From: Caecitellus pseudoparvulus
Lineage: Eukaryota > Protista > Bigyra: Bicosoecida
Reading direction: 5' to 3'
Length of the DNA: 64,000 bases
Assembly (NCBI GenBank): GCA_965644315.1
Contig: CBFFRQ010000087.1
Coordinates: forward strand, 62,001-126,000
Shown here: positions 1-9,345 of the stretch, one piece after another
Numbering within the stretch: the first letter of the stretch is position 1
Layout: each line of letters begins with the position of its first letter
Made by a program: the position numbers and the translations under genes
The notes under the pieces: generated by a model
Seen by the model: the letters and a program-made list of their open reading frames with translations, nothing else
Database searches by the model: none
What the model was told of the DNA's origin: nothing

Positions 1-675
1 GCGCCGTGGAACTGGGTGGGTGCGCCGGCGCAGGCTTGCAGTGACTTCAAAAGCCGCACCTCCCCCGCTGCTCCACAGGTACCCAGCACCATCCTACACA
101 AAGTCTGCGGATCCTTCAACGTCCCTGATCGAGGTGACAGCGGTGGAAAAGGCGGTGTTGATCTACGTGCTTCCGACAGCCACCCGTCACGTAGTGCCCC
201 GCTGGCTGCGTTGGACATTGCTGAGCAAGAGTACCAACCCACCTGGCGCCGCCGCTCCCAGGGGCGAAGAGGCCGACCAAAGGTGCCCCCACGCCCCAAG
301 CCTGCTGCAGTGCAGGAGCCAGCCGTGGCGCATGGCGCAAAGCGCACAGCTCCTGCGACAACCGCTGCCCACGCCAAGGCCCTGCCTCGAGATGCCCTCA
401 TCCACTGCCGTTCGCCGACGGCATGCCTCGAAGCGCTGCTGGCGCAGGTTGATGTGCCCCCCACAGTCGTCAAGGCCCTCGTGCACTCGCGCCTGCGATA
501 CCCAGACGTGCTCAGTCACCTCGCCCGCCGGCAACCCGTGCAGCTGCTCGATGCCCTGCGCAACCTCCCAGGCATGACCCACCCAGACGCACTCCTCGTG
601 TTGTTTGCATTCCAGGCCTCCGGAAACCCCTGTTCTTGCCGACCTACACCTCCCCAGCCTCGTCATACGCCTTGA
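1..675 (+). CDS. 3' part of a hypothetical protein (5' end probably outside the window)
   Basis: ORF 16..675 has a protein-like helical C-terminal part (LLAQVDVPPTVVKALVHSRLRYPDVLSHL...). Possible acceptor ccacag near 78. No recognised domain. Confidence 0.4.
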   Translation, partial: APWNWVGAPAQACSDFKSRTSPAAPQVPSTILHKVCGSFNVPDRGDSGGKGGVDLRASDSHPSRSAPLAALDIAEQEYQPTWRRRSQGRRGRPKVPPRPKPAAVQEPAVAHGAKRTAPATTAAHAKALPRDALIHCRSPTACLEALLAQVDVPPTVVKALVHSRLRYPDVLSHLARRQPVQLLDALRNLPGMTHPDALLVLFAFQASGNPCSCRPTPPQPRHTP

Positions 676-3600
676 AGTCAGGGGGTGCCTGCCACGTTGA
701 CTGCCCCGTGGCCAGGTTTGCGTAGAAGTACGCCCCGGTCTCCTCGTCGAACAGCTCCATCCACACGTCGTCCTTCAAGATGTACCCCTCCCGCTCCCCA
801 TTCCGGTGGAAGTCCACCAACCCCTGCCCTGTCGCCCGCGCCGCCGACTCATGCGCGGAAATGGCGTGGTCGCCGCCTTGCGGAGCGGCTGCCGCCTCCA
901 GCACCATGCCCGCAACCTTGTACCCGAACAGGTCCGCCAGCACGTGGTGCATGTAGTAGTCGGCCTGTGCGCTGAAACCTGTGTTGAGTGTCTTGGGCGG
1001 CAAATCGCTCTCATCCGGCAAGGACGCCCCCACAACCACCTTGGTTGCGGGGTACAGCGCAGACCGTGGCTTGGCCTTGGGGTTGCTGCGCAGCCGCTCC
1101 GCTCTCTGCTTGGCAGCCAGGGCAGCCCCTAGGTCGACCACAGACGTGTCCCCTGTGGCGCTCTCCATCGTGTGGGTGCTGGTCTTGGGCACCTCCACCG
1201 CCATGCCCAGCACATCGCTGAGCTGTGCCTCGGCCACCTCCAACTGTGACGGCACGCGCCGCAGCCCCGCCACTGACCTGCGGCCTGGACTGGAGGTAGC
1301 GCTGCTCTCCGACTGGGCGTCCGCAGCCTGTGCCTTACTGCCCCACTCCCCCTCCGCACCAGGCTGACCGACAAAGGACACAGCCCGCGACAGTGCCTCC
1401 AGCTGCGCCATGTCTGCACGCACCTCTGCAGCTTGCTTGTAATCCGCGGCTGCCTGCTCAGCGGCTGCCAGGCGCTCTGCCTGCTGATCGGCCTCCCTCT
1501 CCCTGGTGGTGTCCAGGGTCAGGAGGCTCCTGCCCGAAGCCTGCGACAGTCGGCGCCGGAGTGGGCTCCGTGCAGGGCTGCTGCCGCCAGAGCTGGCCAG
1601 CCGCCCCAGGTCCCGGCTGCTGCCAGCACTCAGCGAAGCTGGTGGGCTGTCAGCTTCTTTCCCAGGCAGGCGCAAAGCCTCGCCTTGCTGAAGGTCCTGC
1701 GTGGCGTGAGGGGTCTCCTTGGCGTCACCCACCTGGTCGCGCAGCGATGCAGACTGCTGCTTGGGCCTTGACCCGGCCCCGGGTGCACCCGGCCCAACGC
1801 TCACATAATTGTCATCCTCATGGTCATCCACAGGGTGCAGTTGTCGGGGGCGGGGGGCTACGAAGCCTCCTCGAGGGGCCATGCGCCGCGCCCTGGCCCG
1901 CTCCCGCTCCCGCCGCAGCTGCGCGAATTTACCACCCGCACCCTCTCCCCGCGCCAGTGCGGCGGCCTTCACAGTGTCCACACGCCGCTCCACATTCACC
2001 TCTTCTGACAGCGCTGCCACTTCAGCCCTCAGGGCCTCGTCTGGATCCTTGGAAGCAGCCGCTTGAGGGGCGGGTGTCTTGTAGTTGCCGGGGCGGCGCC
2101 GCTTGCAGCAGCTGCCGCAGCCACAGCAGCCCTCCAGCGTGGCTGCGACGGACAGCCCACAGTCCATGCACACCTCTTGGGCAATAAGGCAGAGCGATCG
2201 GGTCGCCAGGCACAGTGATTCGCCACAAGCTGCCAGGCATGCAGTCAGCCTGCCGAGACTCCGCGCATACCACACGCGCGCCTTGAGGTGCACACGGGCA
2301 GCACATACCCCGCAGCGCTTGCTGCACGCTGCTCCCCACGCACGTGCGAGCCTCTGACATGCCTTGCCGCACTCCCCAGAAGTGCACCACGCCACATTGT
2401 CCTGGGCGTTGAAGCACGCGTGTTCGCACCAGCCAGAAGTGTACGCACAGCAGCGCTGGCAGCCAACGCCACAACGGCGCACGAGGATCCGGTCATTCAC
2501 CTCGGGACGCTTGATGCGGATTGGCGGAGCCCCGCACAGCATGGGGAACTTAATCACGATGTGGCTGGATCGCTCCCCCCTCGCCACGGCTGCCTGCATG
2601 CGCAGCCGCTCCAGCGTCTCGAACTCGCCCAAGCTGCCGTCCGCATTGACCAGCGCAGCCCACACTTTACCTGCTGCATGTGCTGAAGGCAGGTACTTGG
2701 CCTTTTCCCGCTCGGTCCGTGCAGCGCTGGCTGTCACCGGACCTGGCGCCGGAGGGGGTCGCATCGGCGCGGTGGAGTGGCTGGAGCGCGCAGAGGCACG
2801 TGGCGTGCTGAATACGTCTGTTCTCGGGTCTGCCTCTTTCTTAGCACCTGTGGTCGAGAGAGCTTCCGCAGACCGCGCCAAGGGCGGGTGCTGCTTCGAG
2901 TCAGGTATGGACTCGATGGGTTGCGGCGGCTCAATGAGTCGCTGCCCCTGGGCGATGAGGACTCCCGTGAACAGGCAAGGTGCCTGCACGACGCCAGAGC
3001 TCACACCCACTCCAGACGCCGCATGCACCAGCACAAGCTGGGCAATGTCCATGGAAGACTTCACACAGCGTGCTCCATGGGGCGCCGGATGTGACCGGGC
3101 GTACCCTGCAATCAGCGGGATGTGTGTGTTGGTGGGCATGTAGAAGTCCACCGCTCCCTCCCTCTGCTTCCGTTCGTTGCGTGTGACCAGAGACTGGTAG
3201 TAGGAGAAGGCAAAAGCGGCCCCCACATACGCAGTCGTATTTTGCAGGGCGAGGAATGGGCGCGTCTCACGTTCCGCTGCCACTTTGCGGTGAAAGATCT
3301 CCGCCACGACCTTCGAGCGGGCCACATCGTCCAGCTCCCGGACGATGCGAGCGTCTTGCAGGACGTCTTTCAGCGTGTCCAGCTTCACAGCAGTCAGGTC
3401 CAGCACGCCGTTCTCCTTCATGGCTAGCGCCAGCTCCGCAGCCAGCGCATCGCTCTGCTCATGCAACTTGCGCTCCACGAGGCTGCGTGCCTCCGTCTCC
3501 CCAGTGCGCTCAGCCTCCTGCACCTCCGCATCTTCCGCGCCCTCCTGCAGCTCCCGCAGGGGGTCGTCGTAGCCCAGGCGCACGCGCTCGGCAGCTGACA

Positions 3601-5101
3601 TCCGCCTCATGCGCTTGTCCTCCACAATGATGCCTTGAGACTTCGCGACGACGCTGGCTTGACCCAGCTGCACCTCCGTCGGGCCCAGGACGGTGCTTGG
3701 CCGAGATGACACGTGCGTGCCGCCCGTCCTCGGGCGGGCGCTCAGCGCCACCTCACCCCCAATCGCCATGGGGTCTGCGCCGTCTTGCACAGTGAAAACG
3801 CCGACCTCAGAGGCCGCCGACGTCGCGCGTGGGCGGGGAGTGGGAACAGCCAGAGCGCCCTGCGCGCCGCTTGGCGCCGACACGCTTGCCCTCGGCATGC
3901 TCCGCAGCGATGAGGCCCGCACTGGGGTGTGCAGCTGCCTCCCCGCCTGCATCTGGCTTGTGCTCACAGTGCGAGTCAAGGGTGGGCGCTCTTGGCCCAA
4001 CGGCAGCGAGCTGAAATCCCACTGGGCTGGGTCCAGCACGTGCATGTCTCGTGGTGGCGCGGTGGAGACGCTCGTGATGCTGCCAAACTGGAAAGGTCGG
4101 CACACCTCACTGACGGCCTCCAGCATCAACACACGAGCAGCAATCATGCGGGCGTGCTCGCTCGAGAATGAAGCCGGCAACAGCTGGGTTCGCTGGCTGG
4201 AGTGGAACTGCTGCCAGAACGCCTGCCCAAAGATCTTCCGTTGCACGCTCCGCTGCAGCCGGATGAGTGGGTAGGCCAGCACTGGGTACCGAAAGCAGAG
4301 GTCCACAAACGCTTGCACTTTGTGGTACTCGTGGTCTGACCAGAGGCGTGCCAGCAGCATGCGGCAGAAGGGCTCCATGGAATCGTTGGTCAGGTACCTC
4401 AGCAGCCCCCGCACCAGCTCCACGTTCATGTGGTACACCGCGTGGTCGCCTCCCACCACCTTAGCAAATTTGTACACCAACGATACGAAGTCCAGCGCAC
4501 AGAACTCTGAGAGAATCAGCACCGCATCTTCGAAGTACACACGCTGCCTGCCTTTGGCGATGTCCATGACCAGCGCTCGCAGGAGACGGCGGTTCTCCGC
4601 AGCGAACTGCCCGAAGAAGCGCTTCAGCTTCACGGTGCCAAGGGCTTCGTCCACGGGTGAGCACAGCTTTTGAAACAGGCGCGTCAGCATGGTTGCCGTA
4701 ATGCCAAGGCCTGCACATCGCTCTTGAATGCGCTTCCACTTCTTGGCCTGGATGATGTGCTCTGGGACAAACGGTAGCACCTTGTACAGGCACGGGCCGT
4801 AGGGAACGGCGATCAAGAAGGGGTCGTCGGGTGTGTACGTCTTCAACGGGTCGTACTCCTCCACTGAGCACTTCAGCCGCCGCACTTCGAACCATTGGTG
4901 CCGAAGCCACTCTGTGCAAGTGTCTGCCTCCTGCTTCACTCCGAAGGCGTTGTCCTCAGGGGCGGCATCCGTGGATGCTTGATCACCCACATCATCTCTG
5001 CACTTGGCTTCCCCGCCATGGGACGCCGCCGGGGCTCCCACTTGAGCTGGAGCCACCCTGGCACTTGCCAGTGACTCTGCTGCGCCGTCCTCAGCACTCA
5101 T
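644..5101 (-). CDS. Large protein with a degenerate EF-hand-like N-terminal region, an internal Cys-rich segment and a C-terminal WW domain
   Basis: 1485-aa ORF. The C-terminal WMELFDEETGAYFYANLATGQSTWQAP matches the WW consensus. The N-terminal RVYFEDAVLILSEFC...FVDLCFRYPVLAYPLIRLQ resembles calcineurin-B-like EF-hand proteins. In-frame introns cannot be excluded. Confidence 0.7.
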   Translation of the reverse strand: MSAEDGAAESLASARVAPAQVGAPAASHGGEAKCRDDVGDQASTDAAPEDNAFGVKQEADTCTEWLRHQWFEVRRLKCSVEEYDPLKTYTPDDPFLIAVPYGPCLYKVLPFVPEHIIQAKKWKRIQERCAGLGITATMLTRLFQKLCSPVDEALGTVKLKRFFGQFAAENRRLLRALVMDIAKGRQRVYFEDAVLILSEFCALDFVSLVYKFAKVVGGDHAVYHMNVELVRGLLRYLTNDSMEPFCRMLLARLWSDHEYHKVQAFVDLCFRYPVLAYPLIRLQRSVQRKIFGQAFWQQFHSSQRTQLLPASFSSEHARMIAARVLMLEAVSEVCRPFQFGSITSVSTAPPRDMHVLDPAQWDFSSLPLGQERPPLTRTVSTSQMQAGRQLHTPVRASSLRSMPRASVSAPSGAQGALAVPTPRPRATSAASEVGVFTVQDGADPMAIGGEVALSARPRTGGTHVSSRPSTVLGPTEVQLGQASVVAKSQGIIVEDKRMRRMSAAERVRLGYDDPLRELQEGAEDAEVQEAERTGETEARSLVERKLHEQSDALAAELALAMKENGVLDLTAVKLDTLKDVLQDARIVRELDDVARSKVVAEIFHRKVAAERETRPFLALQNTTAYVGAAFAFSYYQSLVTRNERKQREGAVDFYMPTNTHIPLIAGYARSHPAPHGARCVKSSMDIAQLVLVHAASGVGVSSGVVQAPCLFTGVLIAQGQRLIEPPQPIESIPDSKQHPPLARSAEALSTTGAKKEADPRTDVFSTPRASARSSHSTAPMRPPPAPGPVTASAARTEREKAKYLPSAHAAGKVWAALVNADGSLGEFETLERLRMQAAVARGERSSHIVIKFPMLCGAPPIRIKRPEVNDRILVRRCGVGCQRCCAYTSGWCEHACFNAQDNVAWCTSGECGKACQRLARAWGAACSKRCGVCAARVHLKARVWYARSLGRLTACLAACGESLCLATRSLCLIAQEVCMDCGLSVAATLEGCCGCGSCCKRRRPGNYKTPAPQAAASKDPDEALRAEVAALSEEVNVERRVDTVKAAALARGEGAGGKFAQLRRERERARARRMAPRGGFVAPRPRQLHPVDDHEDDNYVSVGPGAPGAGSRPKQQSASLRDQVGDAKETPHATQDLQQGEALRLPGKEADSPPASLSAGSSRDLGRLASSGGSSPARSPLRRRLSQASGRSLLTLDTTREREADQQAERLAAAEQAAADYKQAAEVRADMAQLEALSRAVSFVGQPGAEGEWGSKAQAADAQSESSATSSPGRRSVAGLRRVPSQLEVAEAQLSDVLGMAVEVPKTSTHTMESATGDTSVVDLGAALAAKQRAERLRSNPKAKPRSALYPATKVVVGASLPDESDLPPKTLNTGFSAQADYYMHHVLADLFGYKVAGMVLEAAAAPQGGDHAISAHESAARATGQGLVDFHRNGEREGYILKDDVWMELFDEETGAYFYANLATGQSTWQAPPDFKAYDEAGEV

Positions 5102-5245
5102 GCCTGCCCCCGTACTTGCGACGTTGTGGGAAGCAGGTCGAATTCTACCGTTCGGAGGGCGCTGAATTACGACGAGTCGTGCACCTGAGCTTGAAGCCCG
5201 TGTCTGTCGGAGCTACAACGAGGTATGTGGCGCCGTGCCGAAACT

Positions 5246-5266
5246 GAAACGCGAAACGCGAAACGC
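5246..5266. repeat. (GAAACGC)x3 tandem repeat upstream of the 5101 start codon
   Basis: Read directly: gaaacgc gaaacgc gaaacgc, followed by aacgcaa. Confidence 0.8.
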
Positions 5267-5334
5267 AACGCAAGGCACAACAAAGGACGAGCACCAAGAG
5301 CTGCCGAAAGCCACTGAGCACATAAAAAAGCTCT

Positions 5335-8300
5335 TTAAGGCTGCACTGCAGCAGTTCCCTTAGAGTCGCCTTGTTTGTGTCGAGTCGTGGGAGCTGTGCC
5401 AGCCCGGCCTGCCCTGGACGATGACACCCGCAATCTGGCATCAGAGGTCACCTGCCGCACCGCCGTGTCATGACAAATGACCATGAGCTCTGCATAGGCA
5501 CACATGAGTGACAGCTGTTCGGCGTGCACTTCTGTGAAGAGCTTCTCCTGGGCAGCCTCACGCTCCTCCGCACGCTGCCTGCGCCTGGACTTGCGCCCTG
5601 ACGTGTCCGGGCGCTGCCCAGATACCTGCGGCACAGGGCTCGTCGAGGGGGGCGGGATTGGCCCTGCAGAGGTATCCAGTGTCGCTCCCTCCACTTCAGC
5701 CACGTCCACAGAGCCGATGGTGCCTGCAGTGGATGTTCCGGGGGCCGCGCCACCCCCCTTGCGGTGCATGAGTTGCGCGAACCAGCCCGAAGCAGGCTGC
5801 GGCACCTCATGCCCCGCTAAGAACAGTGCTGGCAGGATTTCACGGCCCATGGCCTGAGATGAATGGTGCCAGCGCCCTGTGATGCGCTGCAGCGTGTCGG
5901 CAGCCAGCGGGTACGGCACGAGTCCCTTGCCTGAGCGGTCCACGGCGCCCAGACTCGTGGCGCAGCGCAGCAGGCGAGGCTCCGACTCAGGAGCCTGCAT
6001 GAGGCCAAAAGACAAGTAGTTCGCGACATCCTCCCACGTGGGCTCTGACGGGGCAGGGCATGTCGCCTGGAAGTCCCGTGTCCAGGTTCGCAGGGGGGGC
6101 GTGATGGGGGGCGGGTAGAGAGCTGTCGGCAGGACTGACAGGTTGTGTGTCGTGGACGGGTCCAGCCCCAACTGCCTGAGGCGGGTCAAGCCCATGATCA
6201 GGCAGCGCCAGGTGCACTCCTCCACACGCCCGCCCAGCGCTGCCATGAGCAGGAGCACGTGGGGTGTCGGCGGGGCGCCGGCGAGACTGGTCAGAACAGA
6301 GTGCGCGACAGAGTCCACCGCTTCATCCAGGACGTAGTGCAAGGACAGAAACTCGTAGAAGAACTCATGCAGCGGCATGAGCGTCACTCGGAAGGCTGCC
6401 TTGAGCTCACCAGCGGAGAAGTGCACAGCCTCCGCGTCCGGTGGTGTCCCTCCCTCCCCGTCAGCGGTGGACGCTGGGGACGGGGACCGAGCGCCCACGT
6501 CCCCGGACACCGAGGGGCCGCCTGCAGAAGCGAGCGCCGATGCCCGTGACATGGCTTGCCACTCCACCCACTTCACGCGGGCCTCCAGCTCCCGCTGTTC
6601 ATGCGCGAGCTTCGCACCCATCACCTCGTGCACCAGCTTGACGGCGTTGCCGAGGGACAGCTCCCGCGGCAGGGCAGGCAGGCGCCGACCTCCAAACGTC
6701 TCCCACATGCCTTCAGCGAAGCGTTTCGCCAGGGCACCGCGGTCAGCAGCACTGCCCTGCAAGGCCGCAGCGCTGCGCACACCCCCGTGCACGGACAGCC
6801 CTGCAGCGGACCGTGGTGACCTGGTGGGGGCAGACGAGTCGCTCTCCCTCCAGCACAGCAACGACCACGCATCAGGCACCTCTTGCGGCACCTGCGCCTT
6901 GGCGGACTGCGCGGAGGCATGGCTCATGACTTGCTCACTGCCCTCTTCCAGTGACAGCACGCCGCCCACTGTGCTGTGCCGGGCACCCTGCGCGCCACCC
7001 CAGCTGTCCAGCGCATGCGGAAACACGTGCAGCACCTGCCCCCGCCACTCTAGCAACACCTCCACCAGCTCGCCCACGAACACCTCCCGCTCCGCACGCC
7101 CCTTCGCCAACAACGGCTTGTACGTACTTGACGTGCCGCCGTCGAAGTCGCTGAGAGCGTCGTTAAACGACGCTTGCAGCGCATGCAGCAGCCACACGCC
7201 TTGCTGGCCAGCGGCTGACACTTCAGCGGCGCTGCGCACACGGTGCAGGTCTTCGGGGAAGAACTGCGCTGACGACTGCCCCCTGCCGCTGCCCTCCGCC
7301 ACGTCCACGGCGGAGTATGACATGGTGTGCCAAATGTCAGTCAAGGCGGCACCAGCTGTGTCATGGGTAGTGCCTGATATCTCAGACTGGCGGCCTCCGG
7401 CGCCTTCGCCCGGGGCAGCGGAGGCGATGGCAGTTGACGCCGCGCTCCACGCTTGGGGGGGCAAGGACTCGGCCTCTGCACCCGCATGGGCCACGGCAGG
7501 CTCACCCTCAGAGTCACCATCATCCTCATGGCCCGTGGCGTTGCCAGCCTCATCCCCCCCAGCAGGGGCTCGCGTCTGGCCTGGGGCAGGCGGCAGCAGT
7601 GGCGGCGCAGCCAGGTGTGCCAAGTGCCCCCCCACCCCATCCCCACACGGCACCACGCTCACGCTTTCTCCACGACCAACCAGGGAGGTGTGGGCAGACG
7701 GCATGCCCTCCTCGCCGTCCCCCCCCACCAACACCTGCAGCACTGCAGTGGACAGGCGCCCCTCCTGCTGCTTCTGCTCGCCGCCCCCACCGCGACTCGC
7801 CTGCCTGCCCTGCCACTCCAGCCGACTGTACACAGGAGGTGAGATGTCTGACGTCAGGAAGCCCTGCAAGGGGCCGCCTTGCTTGCGCACATACCCGGGC
7901 AGCTTCGGCTGCACCCCCACGAAATGCCGCCGCGCCAACTCCAAGTGCCCGAACCGGCGGGAGATGCGCCCGCTCTGCCCCTTCATGTTGCGCAGCTCGT
8001 CCACTTCCTGGTGCAGCACTGCCAGACGACGGCGTGTGTCCCGCAGAGCCCGCTTCAACTCCGTGTTCCGACGCGCCACACGCCGACCATCCTCCTCCGC
8101 CTCCTCCTCGGCCACCGCCTGTGCCTGCAGCAGGTCCTTGATGCCGATGGCGTCCAACATGCCCTGCAAGCGCGCTGCAGACGCCTCTGCTGCTTCTGCC
8201 CGTGCAGTGGCAGCGGCAGCCTCAGCCTGGCTCTGCGTCAGTGCGTGGGACATGTGCCCCAGCATGTGCAGTGTAACCCGCAGTCGCTGCTGCAGTGCCT

Positions 8301-8871
8301 GCACACAGGTGCGAAAGGGAACCCGCTTCACCTGAGACGGGCTGCCCTGCACGCTGGTGGAGTCACCCGACAGGCACAAGTCCTCCACCGTCTCCTGCAG
8401 CAGCCGCAGGAACTCAGCCTCCTCCCCCACAGCCCACCGTGGCAACTCCCCCAGCACCTCCAGTGCAGCGTGTGCTGCACACACGCCGGCATCGGACAGC
8501 GCCAAGCTGCCAAGGTCCCAGGGAACCACACATGCAGTGGACGGGCTGTCCACCTCCCCTCCTGCCTCCAGGCTGGCACTGGAAGCAGTTGTGGATGCCC
8601 CCTTCCCCAACGCCAGCCGCCGACCAGCAATCTGGCCCAGCCCGGCAGACAGCCCTTCCTCGCCATGCCGGTTCAACAGGGCGTGCCACAGGCGCATACC
8701 TAGCTGCTCACTATCCCCATTGTCTCCTGTGTCGCTTTCTGCAGTCACGCCCTGCCTTGCCTCGGCGTTCCGCAGCGCGTGCCGTGCCTCCACAAGCTGT
8801 CGCTGGGCCACCAAAAAACGCCCTTCCGTTGCCATGCAGCGAGGGCGACTAGGGAGCCTTTGAGCATGCAA
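5335..8871 (-). CDS. Hypothetical coiled-coil protein (~1170 aa)
   Basis: Long ORF with coiled-coil stretches (RRNTELKRALRDTRRRLAVLHQEVDELR) and a globular-looking C-terminal block (FFYEFLSLHYVLDEAVDSVAHSVL; degenerate EF-loop DRSGKGLV). Family not identified. Confidence 0.6.
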   Translation of the reverse strand: MHAQRLPSRPRCMATEGRFLVAQRQLVEARHALRNAEARQGVTAESDTGDNGDSEQLGMRLWHALLNRHGEEGLSAGLGQIAGRRLALGKGASTTASSASLEAGGEVDSPSTACVVPWDLGSLALSDAGVCAAHAALEVLGELPRWAVGEEAEFLRLLQETVEDLCLSGDSTSVQGSPSQVKRVPFRTCVQALQQRLRVTLHMLGHMSHALTQSQAEAAAATARAEAAEASAARLQGMLDAIGIKDLLQAQAVAEEEAEEDGRRVARRNTELKRALRDTRRRLAVLHQEVDELRNMKGQSGRISRRFGHLELARRHFVGVQPKLPGYVRKQGGPLQGFLTSDISPPVYSRLEWQGRQASRGGGGEQKQQEGRLSTAVLQVLVGGDGEEGMPSAHTSLVGRGESVSVVPCGDGVGGHLAHLAAPPLLPPAPGQTRAPAGGDEAGNATGHEDDGDSEGEPAVAHAGAEAESLPPQAWSAASTAIASAAPGEGAGGRQSEISGTTHDTAGAALTDIWHTMSYSAVDVAEGSGRGQSSAQFFPEDLHRVRSAAEVSAAGQQGVWLLHALQASFNDALSDFDGGTSSTYKPLLAKGRAEREVFVGELVEVLLEWRGQVLHVFPHALDSWGGAQGARHSTVGGVLSLEEGSEQVMSHASAQSAKAQVPQEVPDAWSLLCWRESDSSAPTRSPRSAAGLSVHGGVRSAAALQGSAADRGALAKRFAEGMWETFGGRRLPALPRELSLGNAVKLVHEVMGAKLAHEQRELEARVKWVEWQAMSRASALASAGGPSVSGDVGARSPSPASTADGEGGTPPDAEAVHFSAGELKAAFRVTLMPLHEFFYEFLSLHYVLDEAVDSVAHSVLTSLAGAPPTPHVLLLMAALGGRVEECTWRCLIMGLTRLRQLGLDPSTTHNLSVLPTALYPPPITPPLRTWTRDFQATCPAPSEPTWEDVANYLSFGLMQAPESEPRLLRCATSLGAVDRSGKGLVPYPLAADTLQRITGRWHHSSQAMGREILPALFLAGHEVPQPASGWFAQLMHRKGGGAAPGTSTAGTIGSVDVAEVEGATLDTSAGPIPPPSTSPVPQVSGQRPDTSGRKSRRRQRAEEREAAQEKLFTEVHAEQLSLMCAYAELMVICHDTAVRQVTSDARLRVSSSRAGRAGTAPTTRHKQGDSKGTAAVQP

Positions 8872-9345
8872 AAGTCAGCCCAGTCTCCAGAAGAGTGGGC
8901 TTCTTTTAAACCTTGCTGGGGACTTCTACCCGTCATGTTCAATCTGCCTCCCGGGCAGAGTTGACATCGAAGCTGCCTGGCGCACACACCCCCCTCACAG
9001 CACAAGCACGCTGCGTGCCTCATACACTGGCGCTGAGAGTGCAATGGCAAATTCCACAGACAAAAGAAGGTAAATGGACCTTGGTCCGCTTTCACATGGA
9101 GCTTAGTTTGCCCAACAGGAGCGCTGCAGACTGAAAGCCTCACACCTGCTGCTGAAAAACGCAGCCAATGCTGCCAAGGGGAACTAGGGGTTCGAATCCG
9201 GACTTGAAACCCAAAAATCGGCCGTGAAACTCGTGGGTGCAGAGCTACTTCCCCCAGTCCATCGGTTGACGCTGCGCCTGGCACCATTGTCGACAGAGGG
9301 TCAGCCAAGTCCTCTGCACACCTTGTGACTTCGGCTGCTAGGCAG

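Noticed and set aside
9186-9202. GGTTCGAATCC, resembling a tRNA T-loop/B-box
   Set aside because: The flanks do not form a 5-bp T-stem or an acceptor stem; no cloverleaf could be built.
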